From Candidatus Omnitrophota bacterium (GTDB taxonomy: Bacteria > Omnitrophota > Omnitrophia > Omnitrophales > Aquincolibacteriaceae), in assembly GCA_016196545.1 (NCBI GenBank), contig JACPXM010000020.1, positions 4,168 through 68,167 of the forward strand: DNA of 64,000 nt, in the 5' to 3' direction. Positions 17,942 through 28,490 of this stretch are shown one piece after another. The stretch's first letter is position 1; every line of letters starts with the position of its first letter. Made by a program: the position numbers and the translations under genes. The notes under the pieces were generated by a model. That model was not told the DNA's origin. It ran no database searches and saw only the letters and a list, made by a program, of their open reading frames with translations.

Positions 17942-20286
17942 AACCTTCCATCGGTATTTTGGCGAGCCACCCGATTCAATATCAGGCGCCTTGGTTTCGC
18001 GAGCTCGCGAAAGAATTTGATCTCCATGTTTATTTTGCCCATAGGCAAACGTCCAAGCAACAAGCCGAAGCGGGGTTCGGCCAAACTTTTGATTGGGATA
18101 CGAATTTATTGGAGGGATACTGTTATACCTTTCTTGAAAACCGATCCCAATCTCCCGGCGTAGACCATTTCTTGGGTTGCGATACCCCCCAGATCCAACA
18201 AATCATTAGGCAGCAAAATTTTGATTTATTTATTGTGTGCGGCTGGAATCTAAAGTCCTACTGGCAGGCCGTTCATGTCTGCCGAAATTTAGGAATTCCT
18301 GTCCTTGCGAGAGGGGATTCTCAATTGAACTCACCCCGACCTTGGTATCTGGCCTCGCTTAAGGAAATTGCCTACCGGATTTTACTCGGGCAATTTAACG
18401 GATTTCTCTGCGTGGGCCAGAGAAATCGGGAGTATCTCCTTCACTACGGCGTAGCGCCCAAGAGGATTTTTGATGCTCCCCACTGTGTGGATAATGACTG
18501 GTTTAAAAGGCAGGCAAAAATCGATAATGTCCACCGGCAAGCACTCAGGCGTCAACTGGGGATTTCCCCGGACGCCACGCTTCTTCTCTTTGTGGGAAAG
18601 CTGGTTCCAAGAAAATACCCTCTCGATTTGATTCAAGCTTTAAGTTTGCTCAAAAACAAAGGGATTCATGTCGAGGGCCTTTTTGTGGGTTCGGGCGAAA
18701 TGGAATCCTTGATTCGTCAAAGGGCCCAAAACCTTTCTTTAAAAGTTCATCTTGCGGGTTTTAAAAATCAGAGCGAATTGCCCCGCTATTATGCCTTGGC
18801 GGATATGCTTGTGCTTCCTTCTGACGGAAGCGAAACCTGGGGATTGGTGGCGAATGAGGCCATGGCCTGCGGCCTTCCGGCCGTGGTGTCACGTCAAGCA
18901 GGGTGTGCCGCTGATTTAATTGATGAAGGAAAAACAGGTGCCACTTTCCGTTTTGGAGATGCGGAAAATTTGGCAGAGCGTATTCAGTCCCTGCTGCCGC
19001 AATTAGGGTCCGAAGATCTTTCTTGTGCGATACAAAAAAAAATTGAAAAATACGCCCCTTCTGAAGCTGTCCAAGGGGTTAAAAAGGCCGTCGATTTTTT
19101 TGACCCTTTATCTTCAGGCCGACAAAAACTCACCCCTTCAGAGATTCGGATCTTGGTTATTTTTGGAAATATTCCTTTATACGGTCAGGAACGGGCGACC
19201 ATCCAATTATTTCATTCCCTTAAAAAAGAAGGAGTCTCTAGTTTATTGGTGACCCATAAGCAATGGGGGGGCCTTCATATCCAACCGGCACTCAACCAAT
19301 TTCAACTTCCATGGGTGGCCGCCACTTATGCGGACCGCTTTAGAAAAAACATGTCTTTTAATGAAAGAGTGGATAATATCAAAAAAATCATTGTTGGATC
19401 TTGGGAGATTTTAAAAATCGCGAGGGATTTTCAACCGACCCACATCCATGTTGTCAATGAAACTTATTTGCTCGTTACTTTTCCCGCCCTCCTTTGCATC
19501 GGAAAACCCATTGTCTATTTAGTCTGTGATTTACCCTTGAGGCATCGGCCTCTCTTTCGTTTTTGGTGGAAATGGATCCTCGCTAAAGTCGTCCGGCGAT
19601 TTGTCTGTGTCTCCCGGCATATTCAAAAATGCGTTCTCACGGCCGGTGTCAAAAGAAACAAAACAAACGTCATTTTTCTTTATCCCCCCGAAAGAATTCC
19701 TGCCCAAAAAGACAACAATACCTTACCGGATCGTTACACGAAGGGAATCACCGTGACCTATATCGGACAAATCGCTCAGCACAAAGGAGTCGATCTCTTC
19801 GTCCAGGCGTCCCTTGAGATTTGTCAATCCGAAAAGAATGTCCGATTTTTAATTGCGGGGGATTATGCCTGGGAAAATCCCTTTGCCGATTCTCTAAGAA
19901 CTCGGGTCACTCAAAGCGGCTATTCCGATAGGATTTTATTTTTAGGGAATATGGAGGCTATTGAGGATCTGCTCGCCATGACACAAATCCATGTTTGTCC
20001 TTCGATTTGGGAAGAACCCCTCCCTACGGTTGTTTTAGAGGCCAAGAGGGCCCAAGTGCCTTCCGTCGTGTTTGCCTCAGGGGGAATTCCTGAACTTGTG
20101 ATTCATGAGGAAGACGGATTTGTGTGCTCGGAAAAGACAACCGCTTCTTTAAAGGAAGGGATTGAGTATTTCATGAAGGATTCAGTCCGTTCCAGCGAAG
20201 CGGGGAAAAAAGCCAGGACTTCCTTGAAGAATTTAGGAATCGATGATTTTTCTAAACAATGGCGTACCCTTTATGAGCGCACCTAA
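17935..20286 (+). CDS. bifunctional glycosyltransferase carrying two tandem GT4-like modules (783 aa)
   Basis: Two separate donor-binding regions, ETWGLVANEAMACGLPAVVS and EEPLPTVVLEAKRAQVPSVV. Each follows its own N-terminal GT-B half. Confidence 0.75.
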   Translation: MVKPSIGILASHPIQYQAPWFRELAKEFDLHVYFAHRQTSKQQAEAGFGQTFDWDTNLLEGYCYTFLENRSQSPGVDHFLGCDTPQIQQIIRQQNFDLFIVCGWNLKSYWQAVHVCRNLGIPVLARGDSQLNSPRPWYLASLKEIAYRILLGQFNGFLCVGQRNREYLLHYGVAPKRIFDAPHCVDNDWFKRQAKIDNVHRQALRRQLGISPDATLLLFVGKLVPRKYPLDLIQALSLLKNKGIHVEGLFVGSGEMESLIRQRAQNLSLKVHLAGFKNQSELPRYYALADMLVLPSDGSETWGLVANEAMACGLPAVVSRQAGCAADLIDEGKTGATFRFGDAENLAERIQSLLPQLGSEDLSCAIQKKIEKYAPSEAVQGVKKAVDFFDPLSSGRQKLTPSEIRILVIFGNIPLYGQERATIQLFHSLKKEGVSSLLVTHKQWGGLHIQPALNQFQLPWVAATYADRFRKNMSFNERVDNIKKIIVGSWEILKIARDFQPTHIHVVNETYLLVTFPALLCIGKPIVYLVCDLPLRHRPLFRFWWKWILAKVVRRFVCVSRHIQKCVLTAGVKRNKTNVIFLYPPERIPAQKDNNTLPDRYTKGITVTYIGQIAQHKGVDLFVQASLEICQSEKNVRFLIAGDYAWENPFADSLRTRVTQSGYSDRILFLGNMEAIEDLLAMTQIHVCPSIWEEPLPTVVLEAKRAQVPSVVFASGGIPELVIHEEDGFVCSEKTTASLKEGIEYFMKDSVRSSEAGKKARTSLKNLGIDDFSKQWRTLYERT

Positions 20287-21724
20287 CACGTATCTTCGAT
20301 TGCCCACGACGGCATGGTTTCTTATCGCCTTAGGATTGTTGACTTGTCTTGGAACTGCCAATCCCGCTTTTACCATGGCCAGTTTGATGTCCTTGGTTTT
20401 TTTTATCACGCTCTTGTGGCGGAAAGGGGAACCTCCGGTACTTTTTTTTGCGATCGCGTTTCAATGGCTACAGGTTAGCATAAAAATCTTTCATGCCAAT
20501 TTTATGGGATTCACGCTCGCCGATATGTTCGGAGATACCGATATCGAAAAAGCGATTACGCTTAGTCTTAGTGGATTGGCGGTACTGGGGTTGGGCATGA
20601 GATTCGGTCTCATTAATTTTAAGGGCACTCGAGAACAAAAAATAAAGGATGAGATTAAGCATTTTTCGGTGAAAAAAATCTGGGTCGTTTATCTTTTCAC
20701 GTTTATAGCCTCCTTAGTCTTCAAAGGGCTCATATGGAAAATTCCGCCTTTGACCCAGATTCTCCTTGCGGCATTCAATTTGAAATGGGCGGTTTTTTAT
20801 TTGCTGGCTTATACCATCATCGCAAAACGGATAGGGGCTTACTTTCTGATTTTAGCGGTCCTTATGGAAGTCATCGTTGGTGTGACGGGTTTTTTTTCAG
20901 ATTTCAAACAAGTCTTTTTTGTCTTATTTGTCGTCATGTGGACCGTGGGCTATCGCATGACGCCCAAAAATACGATCCGAACTCTCGCCATCGCCGTTTT
21001 GGTGTTTTTTATGGGGGTGGTTTGGACTTCGGTTAAAACAGAGTATCGAAAATTTGTGAGCGACGAAACCGGCCAACAAGTTACGCTTGTTTCCTATAAT
21101 GAAAGACTGAGTAAGATCATTGACCTTTCCTTGAGTATTGATTCGGAGCGTTTAACCAAAGGCGTTGAAAAACTTGCGGAACGGATAGCCTATGTGGATA
21201 TGTTCGCAAACGTATTGAATTATGTTCCGGACGTTATGCCTCATGAAAACGGAGCGCTTTGGAAGAAATCGATTATGCACATTCTTGCGCCCCGTATATT
21301 TTTTCCCAACAAACCCGTTTTGGAATCCGATTCTGAATTGACCATGAAATACACGGGGTTACAAATGGCAAGCGGTCAACAGGGAACCTCGATCAGCATC
21401 GGCTATATGGCGGAAAGCTACATCGATTTCAAAATTCCGGGAATGTTTATTCCTATTTTTATCCTCGGGATTTTATGGGGAGGAATGTATCGATACTTCA
21501 TAAGGAGATCTCGAACCAAAATATTTGGTTATGCCATTGCCGTGGCCGTTTTAATTCAAGCGAATCAGTTTGAAATTCATAATACCAAATTAGTTGGGGG
21601 CATGTTAATGAGTTTTATCGTTATGGGACTTGTACAGAAGTTTGGAATCCCCGTGATTAGTCAATGGGTGTTGATCGGTAGAGAGAAAAATGTCGCTGGT
21701 ATTACTCAAGAAAAACTATGTTGA
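20273..21724 (+). CDS. polytopic membrane protein, Wzy-like repeat-unit polymerase candidate
   Basis: More than 10 predicted TM helices and a roughly 110-aa hydrophilic loop at residues 270-380. It sits between the GT genes and the exporter. Confidence 0.45.
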   Translation: MSAPNTYLRLPTTAWFLIALGLLTCLGTANPAFTMASLMSLVFFITLLWRKGEPPVLFFAIAFQWLQVSIKIFHANFMGFTLADMFGDTDIEKAITLSLSGLAVLGLGMRFGLINFKGTREQKIKDEIKHFSVKKIWVVYLFTFIASLVFKGLIWKIPPLTQILLAAFNLKWAVFYLLAYTIIAKRIGAYFLILAVLMEVIVGVTGFFSDFKQVFFVLFVVMWTVGYRMTPKNTIRTLAIAVLVFFMGVVWTSVKTEYRKFVSDETGQQVTLVSYNERLSKIIDLSLSIDSERLTKGVEKLAERIAYVDMFANVLNYVPDVMPHENGALWKKSIMHILAPRIFFPNKPVLESDSELTMKYTGLQMASGQQGTSISIGYMAESYIDFKIPGMFIPIFILGILWGGMYRYFIRRSRTKIFGYAIAVAVLIQANQFEIHNTKLVGGMLMSFIVMGLVQKFGIPVISQWVLIGREKNVAGITQEKLC

Positions 21725-22926
21725 CAAATCTTTTTAGGTATCGGGACAAAGCTTTGATGATCATTGCGGGGTTTTTAGCCATTGTGAGTATAGGGAAAGG
21801 ATATCGAAATGCGTTAATGCCCGGTCAAAGCCAGGATTTGTTGCTTGTTTACAATTGGACAAAAATATGGTTATGGAACGGAGTCAATCCTTATGATGCA
21901 TCATACGCCAATTATCTGCCTCATGGACTGTTAATCCTTAGTCCTTTAACCCTTTTTTCTGAGGAATGGATATCCCCGATTTGGGGGGTATTAAATCTCA
22001 TTATTGCTCCTTTAATAGGTTACTTGGCTTTTCGTATGATTTGCCCCCAAGAGCCGATTCGTAAGGCAATTACCTTTACACTCATGGTATGCACCTGGGC
22101 TGGGATAAGAGTTGGAATAGGGAACGGTCAGTTCAGTTTATGGGCATTTGGGTTAGGACTGCTTGCCGTTGCGATAAGCGATAAAAAGCCATACTTAAGC
22201 GGTATCTTGTTGGCATTGTCTTTGACGAAACCCCATATTGGGTGTGCTTTTGTTTTATGGGCTTTATTTGTCTGTAAATTTAAGATTCTGATTATAAGTG
22301 TTTGCATCATGATCGCAGGGTGGAGTTTATTCTCTCTCCGAGTTTTACAGACGCCCCTCGAAGTGGCTCATTCTTTTTTTGTGGTGCTTGAGGATCAATT
22401 TTTCGTATCTGATTTTTTTCGGGGGAATTTTGAACTACGGCCCCTTATTTATGTTTTTCTATCAGATTCCATTTCGGCGGGAATTGTACATAACATCATC
22501 GTTGTTTCAAGCCTAATCGTAATAGGCACGATTATTATTCGAGAACGCGATAAACAGAAGTTAAATAAGAGTTTCTTCATCCTCAATCTCTGCTGTGTGT
22601 GGTGCCTCATGAGTTTTTTTCATAATGTCTATGACATTGTATTGATGATCCCGTTTATGGCTGATCTTTATGGGACTATGATCAGTCCCAATCGATCAGT
22701 GATTTTAGGTTCCCTTCCACGGGCTGTATTTTGGGGCTTTCAATTTTCTTTTGTTGCGCATCTTCCAGGGATTGTTTGGAAACTAACTCAGCAAACACAT
22801 CAGATCGTAAACTTATCTATGATTCATCCCTTACTGCATTTTGACAGGCTTTTTCCTCTCTTGGCTCTAGCATATCTTTTATACCTTTTTTGGGGGAGGA
22901 ATCATATTTTTTTAAAGCATGTATGA
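21718..22926 (+). CDS. polytopic membrane protein (possible GT-C glycosyltransferase or O-antigen ligase/polymerase-like)
   Basis: Hydrophobic throughout. No soluble catalytic motif recognised. Confidence 0.35.
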   Translation: MLTNLFRYRDKALMIIAGFLAIVSIGKGYRNALMPGQSQDLLLVYNWTKIWLWNGVNPYDASYANYLPHGLLILSPLTLFSEEWISPIWGVLNLIIAPLIGYLAFRMICPQEPIRKAITFTLMVCTWAGIRVGIGNGQFSLWAFGLGLLAVAISDKKPYLSGILLALSLTKPHIGCAFVLWALFVCKFKILIISVCIMIAGWSLFSLRVLQTPLEVAHSFFVVLEDQFFVSDFFRGNFELRPLIYVFLSDSISAGIVHNIIVVSSLIVIGTIIIRERDKQKLNKSFFILNLCCVWCLMSFFHNVYDIVLMIPFMADLYGTMISPNRSVILGSLPRAVFWGFQFSFVAHLPGIVWKLTQQTHQIVNLSMIHPLLHFDRLFPLLALAYLLYLFWGRNHIFLKHV

Positions 22927-22965
22927 AAGCAATCCATAATATTTTAAGTTCACTTTGAGGCGAAT

Positions 22966-24138
22966 ATGTTGAAACTGCTTCATATTATTCCTTCCATGAG
23001 TCCTTCTTATGGAGGGCCCAGTCATACGCTGCAGCAATTAGCCAGAGCCTTGAAAGGGAAAGGGGTAAGCGTCACCATTCTGACGACCCATCATAAAAAG
23101 GAAACAACGTTTAAAGATCAGAATGCGGAAATAGTCTCTATTCCTCGTTTGACAGATTTCATTTTTTATGCACCGCTGATGGGGCCTTGGCTTAAAAAAA
23201 ATATTTTTGGATTCGACATCGTCCATATTCACTCTTTATTTTCTTTCCCTGCCTTTATCGGAGGCTATTATGCGCGAACTTTCAAAAAACCTTATGTGAT
23301 TCGTCCTTTTGGGACTCTGGATGCCGAGTCTTTGCGGCATCATCCAATAAGAAAAAAAATTTACTTTGAACTTTTTGAAAAGAAAAACCTCCAAGGTGCT
23401 CAATGGATACACTGTACCTCGCGCTCGGAGGAAGAGGCCCTACGGCATCTGGGGCTAAGAATCCCCACAAAATTAATTCCCATGGGATTGATACTGAATC
23501 TTGACAATGACAAGACCTCCCAAGCCAGGGATCGGTTGGATCCGCAGACCTTCGGGAAGAAGAAACTCCTATTTTTGGGAAGAATTCACCCGAGAAAGGG
23601 TCTTGATTTTCTTATGGAGGTTATCTCAAAACTTAAACAGCGAAGAAGTGACTTCGTATTGCTTCTTGCTGGAAGTGGAGAAGAAAAATATATAAAAACT
23701 CTACAACAGAAAATTGAAAAGGAAAATATTAAAGATCATATTATTTGGTTGGGTGAAATTTCGGATCGATTGAAAAAAAGGGAGCTTTTAAAACAGGCAG
23801 ACCTTTTTCTATTGCCCTCTCATCGTGAGAGTTTCGGTCTCGCCGTGGTCGAAGCGATGGAAATGGGATGTCCTGTTTTGATCTCGGATCAGGTTGCGCT
23901 CGCGGCAGACATTCAGGAGGCAAAAGCCGGAATCGTTCTACCCCTCTCAACGGAACAATTTTCTAACGTTATCTGTGACATTCTGAATAACCCCAAAGCC
24001 CGTGATTTGTTCGGGTCTCAGGGGATAAAATTAGTTAAAGAAAAATTTGATTTGGGGAAAAACGTCGAAAATCTAATTGGGGAATACCAAAACATTTTAA
24101 AGAACAACTCCTCTCTATGTCCGATCAACCTAAAGTAG
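22966..24138 (+). CDS. glycosyltransferase, GT4-like
   Basis: ESFGLAVVEAMEMGCPVLISD. N-terminus LLHIIPSMSPSYGGP. Confidence 0.75.
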   Translation: MLKLLHIIPSMSPSYGGPSHTLQQLARALKGKGVSVTILTTHHKKETTFKDQNAEIVSIPRLTDFIFYAPLMGPWLKKNIFGFDIVHIHSLFSFPAFIGGYYARTFKKPYVIRPFGTLDAESLRHHPIRKKIYFELFEKKNLQGAQWIHCTSRSEEEALRHLGLRIPTKLIPMGLILNLDNDKTSQARDRLDPQTFGKKKLLFLGRIHPRKGLDFLMEVISKLKQRRSDFVLLLAGSGEEKYIKTLQQKIEKENIKDHIIWLGEISDRLKKRELLKQADLFLLPSHRESFGLAVVEAMEMGCPVLISDQVALAADIQEAKAGIVLPLSTEQFSNVICDILNNPKARDLFGSQGIKLVKEKFDLGKNVENLIGEYQNILKNNSSLCPINLK

Positions 24139-24944
24139 CGATTATCACGCCCTTTTACAAAAGGGATTTGAGTCCGGAGGAAACAATTTCCCTGAGGCAT
24201 TTGAATCATTTTTTGGGCCCCTATGATAAATATCTAGTGATGCCGGAAGGTAAAAAAGGGGGCCTCAAGGGGTTTCAAAAAACTTTTGTTCCCCAAAAAT
24301 ATTTTAAGAGCCTCGATTCTTACAGTCATTTGCTTTTATCAAAGAAATTTTACCAGCGGTTTGCCCGCTATGATTACATTTTGATTTATCAGCTTGATTC
24401 TTTAGTGTTCTCAGATCAACTCATGGAGTGGTGTGTTCGAGGCTATGATTATATTGGGGCCCCCTGGTTAAAGGAATTCGGATTCCCCTGGACTCAAGGA
24501 AAGGATTTGGTGGGAAATGGAGGGTTTTCCCTGAGAAAGGTTGATAAATTTATTGAGATATTAGAAAATTACAACCATATCGAATTTCTTACCAAACGCT
24601 TGCTTTCCAGCGCCAGACGATTAACATTGAGATTACCGAAGCGCATCTACAAGGCCATTGTTCGGAGCGAGGCGAAGACCACGCTTTACGATCTGTATCA
24701 TAATCCTTATCGATTGTTGAATTGGCTGAATCGAGGATATTCCGGAGAAGACCTTTTTTGGTCGGTCGAGGCCTCTCAGTATGTAAGGCAATATATCAAA
24801 GCCCCCGTGGAGCAAGCCTTGGCCTTCTCCTTTGAAGCAAATCCCGCCTCTTGCTTCAAGAAAAATCATAACACGCTGCCTTTTGGGTGTCATGCGTGGC
24901 CGAAAAATAACAGAAATTTTTGGGAGGCCTATCTTTTGCAATGA
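24117..24944 (+). CDS. conserved hypothetical protein (GT-A-like?), paralog A
   Basis: About 60% identical to the ORF at 26748-27569. Shared blocks SLRHLNHFLGPY, YILIYQLDSLVFSDQL, YDYIGAPWLKEF, GNGGFSLRKV and LPFGCHAW. Confidence 0.5.
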   Translation: MSDQPKVAIITPFYKRDLSPEETISLRHLNHFLGPYDKYLVMPEGKKGGLKGFQKTFVPQKYFKSLDSYSHLLLSKKFYQRFARYDYILIYQLDSLVFSDQLMEWCVRGYDYIGAPWLKEFGFPWTQGKDLVGNGGFSLRKVDKFIEILENYNHIEFLTKRLLSSARRLTLRLPKRIYKAIVRSEAKTTLYDLYHNPYRLLNWLNRGYSGEDLFWSVEASQYVRQYIKAPVEQALAFSFEANPASCFKKNHNTLPFGCHAWPKNNRNFWEAYLLQ

Positions 24945-26764
24945 AGATTTCAGACGATATTTTACGTTTTAAATCTCTGATTCAAAAAACGGAATTAAAA
25001 CTATATTATTTCGTTTTGCCCTCGACCCTTGCGATCCTTTCGTCTCTTTTGGAAGGGGCAACCGTGATGCTTCTTCCCTCTCTTCTCCAAGCGATTTTGA
25101 CCTTAAACATGAATGCCCTCGATCATTCCTTTATTTTTCGATGGCTGGATCCCGTTTTTCCGCTTGATCAAATTTCGAATAGCTCAAAATTCTTGCTTAC
25201 CGTAAGTTTTGTTTTCATCGGCAGTATTGCCCGGCAGATCTTCCAGTATGGAGCTCTGGTGAGTTCCGCTTATCTGGTAAGAACTTTTGCAGACCGCCTG
25301 AGGCAGGCGATCTTCAGCCGATGCCTGAGTTTTAATAAGCATTTTTTTGATGCAACCAGCATCGGGTACATGCATGAAACGGTCAATTACCCAAAGCAGA
25401 TTGCTGCGAAATTGCTGGAAGCGCAGTCGGTCATGATTCAATTGCTTCTCACTGTTGTTTACGTAACCATCCTTTTTTATATTTCGTGGGAATTGACCCT
25501 GATTAGTTTATTTTCATTTTTCTGCACGTATTTTTCCCTGCGGTGGCTGATCTTTAAAATTAAGCATTCTTCCAGAGACTATGTGATATCCCAAAATGAA
25601 TTGGGGAAAAAAATTTATGAAATCTTTTCTTGCATCCCTTTGGTGAAGGCCTATTCCAGGGAAACCGAAGAAAAAAAGAATTTTTCTGAATTGAGCCGGC
25701 AGGTGAGCCTGTTTGAATTTAGCATTGATAAAAAATGGCTCTTGATACCGTCGATTCAGGAAATGATTCAGCTGCTTTCAATTTTAGTGGTTTTATCCGC
25801 AATGGTTTATTTGGTGATTCATGGCGAGGGTGCCGATAGAATCGCTCAATACCTTGTCTTTTTTTACATTATGAGAAGGACCTCTGCGTCCATCGCGATC
25901 ATTAATTCCGCGAGAGGTGCTTTTGCCACCATCAGCGGTCCCGTGGAGGCTATCTCTAAGCTTTTAGAAGGCACAAGCCCGTATGAGATTCAAGAGGGGG
26001 ATAAAGAATTTTCCGGTATTCAAAAGGAAATCCATTTTCGTCATCTTAATTTTTCCTATCCTGGAAATCCAAACGTTCTGCAAGATGTTAATTTAATTTT
26101 GAAGCGAGGAGAAACAACAGCCCTCGTAGGTCCTTCCGGAGCCGGCAAAAGCACCTTGGTTCATTTGCTCCTTCGTTATTATGATTGCCCCCAAGGCTCG
26201 ATTCTTCTTGACGGTGAGGACATCCAGTCTTTCACCAATAAATCGCTTAGAAAGAAAATGGCGCTGGTCAGCCAGGATATTTTCTTGTTTCACCTATCCC
26301 TTCGTGAAAATCTTTTGTATGGCTTAGAAAGTCCAGTCCCGGAAGGGACCATTCAAAAAGTGCTGCATCAATCAAGACTAGCTGAATTTGTGCGGGGCCT
26401 TCCCTCAGGACTTGAGACCGTCGTCGGGGATCGCGGTATAAAACTTTCGGGGGGTGAGAAGCAAAGGCTTTCGATTGCCCGCGCAATTTTAAAGGATGCT
26501 GAAATTCTCATTCTGGATGAGGCCACAAGCTCCCTTGACAGTGTGACGGAGCGGTTGATTCAGGAAGCGATGGACGAACTTGTCAAAGGAAAGACCGTTA
26601 TGGTGATTGCCCATCGCTTTTCGACGATTCAAAAAGCGGATAAAGTGGTTTATCTTGAAAATGGGCGGGTCCTGGAAGAGGGGAAGTGGGAAGGGCTTTT
26701 GAAGCAAAAGGGCAAGGTCTACGAGGCCTGGAAGAATCAAAAAATTAATGTCGAATCCCTCTAA
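24941..26764 (+). CDS. ABC exporter, fused permease plus ATPase (MsbA/PglK-type)
   Basis: Six-TM N-terminal domain, then Walker A GPSGAGKST, signature LSGGEKQRLSIARAIL and Walker B ILILDEATSSLD. Confidence 0.85.
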   Translation: MKISDDILRFKSLIQKTELKLYYFVLPSTLAILSSLLEGATVMLLPSLLQAILTLNMNALDHSFIFRWLDPVFPLDQISNSSKFLLTVSFVFIGSIARQIFQYGALVSSAYLVRTFADRLRQAIFSRCLSFNKHFFDATSIGYMHETVNYPKQIAAKLLEAQSVMIQLLLTVVYVTILFYISWELTLISLFSFFCTYFSLRWLIFKIKHSSRDYVISQNELGKKIYEIFSCIPLVKAYSRETEEKKNFSELSRQVSLFEFSIDKKWLLIPSIQEMIQLLSILVVLSAMVYLVIHGEGADRIAQYLVFFYIMRRTSASIAIINSARGAFATISGPVEAISKLLEGTSPYEIQEGDKEFSGIQKEIHFRHLNFSYPGNPNVLQDVNLILKRGETTALVGPSGAGKSTLVHLLLRYYDCPQGSILLDGEDIQSFTNKSLRKKMALVSQDIFLFHLSLRENLLYGLESPVPEGTIQKVLHQSRLAEFVRGLPSGLETVVGDRGIKLSGGEKQRLSIARAILKDAEILILDEATSSLDSVTERLIQEAMDELVKGKTVMVIAHRFSTIQKADKVVYLENGRVLEEGKWEGLLKQKGKVYEAWKNQKINVESL

Positions 26765-27569
26765 CGTTGCAGTGATTGTCCCTTTTCATAAGGGATCACT
26801 GAGCCGGGATGAATCAATTTCTCTCAGGCACCTGAATCATTTTTTGGGTCCCTACGAAAAATTTCTTGTGATTCCGGAAAATCTTAGCTTGGACCTTCAA
26901 GGGTTTCAGAAAATGGTTTTTCCGGAAAAATTATTTCGGAGCGTTCAATCCTACAATTATCTGCTCTCCAAAAGAGATTTTTATCTTACTTTTAAGCGCT
27001 ACGAATATATCTTAATTTATCAGCTGGACTCCCTTGTCTTTTCTGATCAGCTCCTGCACTGGTGCTCCCAGGGCTATGATTACATTGGGGCGCCGTGGCT
27101 GAAGGAGTTTAAGCTTCCCTGGACCGAGGGAAAAGACCTCGTAGGAAACGGCGGCTTTTCACTCAGGAAGGTAGAAACCTTTCTGGAGGTCTTAGATACT
27201 TATGAAAAATCTCCCAGGCGATTCATCCCAATTCTCGGTCGCCTCTTACAAAGGGTCCCGCATTGGATTCGTAGGGGGAGGAATGCCCAAGCAAGAAGGA
27301 AAATATTAAGCGATTTTAAGAAGCATCCCTTTGGGGTCCTCAATTGGCTCGAGCGGGGAAACTGCAATGGGGAAGACATGTTTTGGTCCATTATGGTTCC
27401 AAAATTTAGTCCGAAATTCAAAAAAGCACCCCCCCGGAAGGCCTTATCTTTCTCTTTTGAATTTAACCCGAGGCTGTCCTTTCAAATGAATCATAAGGCG
27501 CTGCCTTTCGGGTGCCATGCCTGGGCCAAATATGACCGGGCCTTTTGGGAGCCTTACCTTCTTTCATGA
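26748..27569 (+). CDS. conserved hypothetical protein, paralog B of 24117-24944
   Basis: See paralog A. The two flank the ABC exporter. Confidence 0.5.
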   Translation: MSNPSNVAVIVPFHKGSLSRDESISLRHLNHFLGPYEKFLVIPENLSLDLQGFQKMVFPEKLFRSVQSYNYLLSKRDFYLTFKRYEYILIYQLDSLVFSDQLLHWCSQGYDYIGAPWLKEFKLPWTEGKDLVGNGGFSLRKVETFLEVLDTYEKSPRRFIPILGRLLQRVPHWIRRGRNAQARRKILSDFKKHPFGVLNWLERGNCNGEDMFWSIMVPKFSPKFKKAPPRKALSFSFEFNPRLSFQMNHKALPFGCHAWAKYDRAFWEPYLLS

Positions 27570-28480
27570 GTCCGGCACCCCAAGTGGGACCTCTCAAAAA
27601 AAAATGCGCACTGTTGACCTTGGTCAAAAATGAAAACATATTTCTCCCGCTTTGGCTTCAGTATTACTCAAAAATTTTCAACCCGGAAGATATTTATATC
27701 CTGGATCATGAAAGTAATGATGGGAGCATCGAGGAATGCCTTAAAAAATATTCCTTTCAACATATCCCCTTGCGCTGGGGTTATTATGACGAAATCTGGA
27801 AGGTCGAGAGGGTCCGCGAAAAGCAACGCGAATTACTTCAATTTTACGAATATGTTTTGTTTACGGATGCGGATGAAATCCTGATTCCTAATCCCCGAAA
27901 ATTTGGCAGTTTGCGCAACTATATCGATGGTCTTGACCGCGATTATGTCCTTTCCACGGGATTTCAGCTCATTCATCAAAGGGGGCTTGAGCCAAGGCTT
28001 GATCTGAGGCGGCCCCTTTTAGAACAGAGAAGCTATTGGTATCCCGATAAAATGTACGACAAACCGCTTCTCGCCCGTAAACCCCTGGACTGGATGCCAG
28101 GATTTCACGAGGCTAAAAATGCCAGCGGTGTCAGGGATCCTGATCTTTGGCTCTTGCATCTGCATAAAATGGATTTTGACATTTGCTGGTTAAAGCACCA
28201 GGCCATCGCAAAATTATCGCATCATCCCGATTGCGTTAAAAAAAAGTTTTCCTGGCATTATCGAATCCTTAATCTCCGTGAATTTGAGGATTATTTCATT
28301 CCACGCGAATTGAAAAAAGGGGGCGCACGCCATTATTTAAAAAAAGGAATCCTTTTTTTTGAGTGGTTGAAGGAAACCCTCTTAAAGCAGAATTCCCTTT
28401 CATGGTCGGAATGGATTTCTGAACGCATCCCTAAAATGACAAAAATGCCCCAGGATTTGATTCAAAAAAAAGTGATTTGA
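27566..28480 (+). CDS. GT-A fold glycosyltransferase-like protein (family 2-like)
   Basis: ALLTLVKNENIFLPLWLQYY N-terminus and DxD-like FTDADEILIP. ATGA overlap with the upstream gene. Confidence 0.45.
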   Translation: MSPAPQVGPLKKKCALLTLVKNENIFLPLWLQYYSKIFNPEDIYILDHESNDGSIEECLKKYSFQHIPLRWGYYDEIWKVERVREKQRELLQFYEYVLFTDADEILIPNPRKFGSLRNYIDGLDRDYVLSTGFQLIHQRGLEPRLDLRRPLLEQRSYWYPDKMYDKPLLARKPLDWMPGFHEAKNASGVRDPDLWLLHLHKMDFDICWLKHQAIAKLSHHPDCVKKKFSWHYRILNLREFEDYFIPRELKKGGARHYLKKGILFFEWLKETLLKQNSLSWSEWISERIPKMTKMPQDLIQKKVI

Positions 28481-28490
28481 TCCGCTAAGA

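Noticed and set aside
19265-19271. G7 homopolymer inside the double glycosyltransferase as a phase-variation site.
   Set aside because: It is read in-frame as WGG inside an uninterrupted 783-aa ORF, with no overlapping alternative frame. This shows that G7 runs occur in ordinary coding sequence here, which tempers the 13884 finding.
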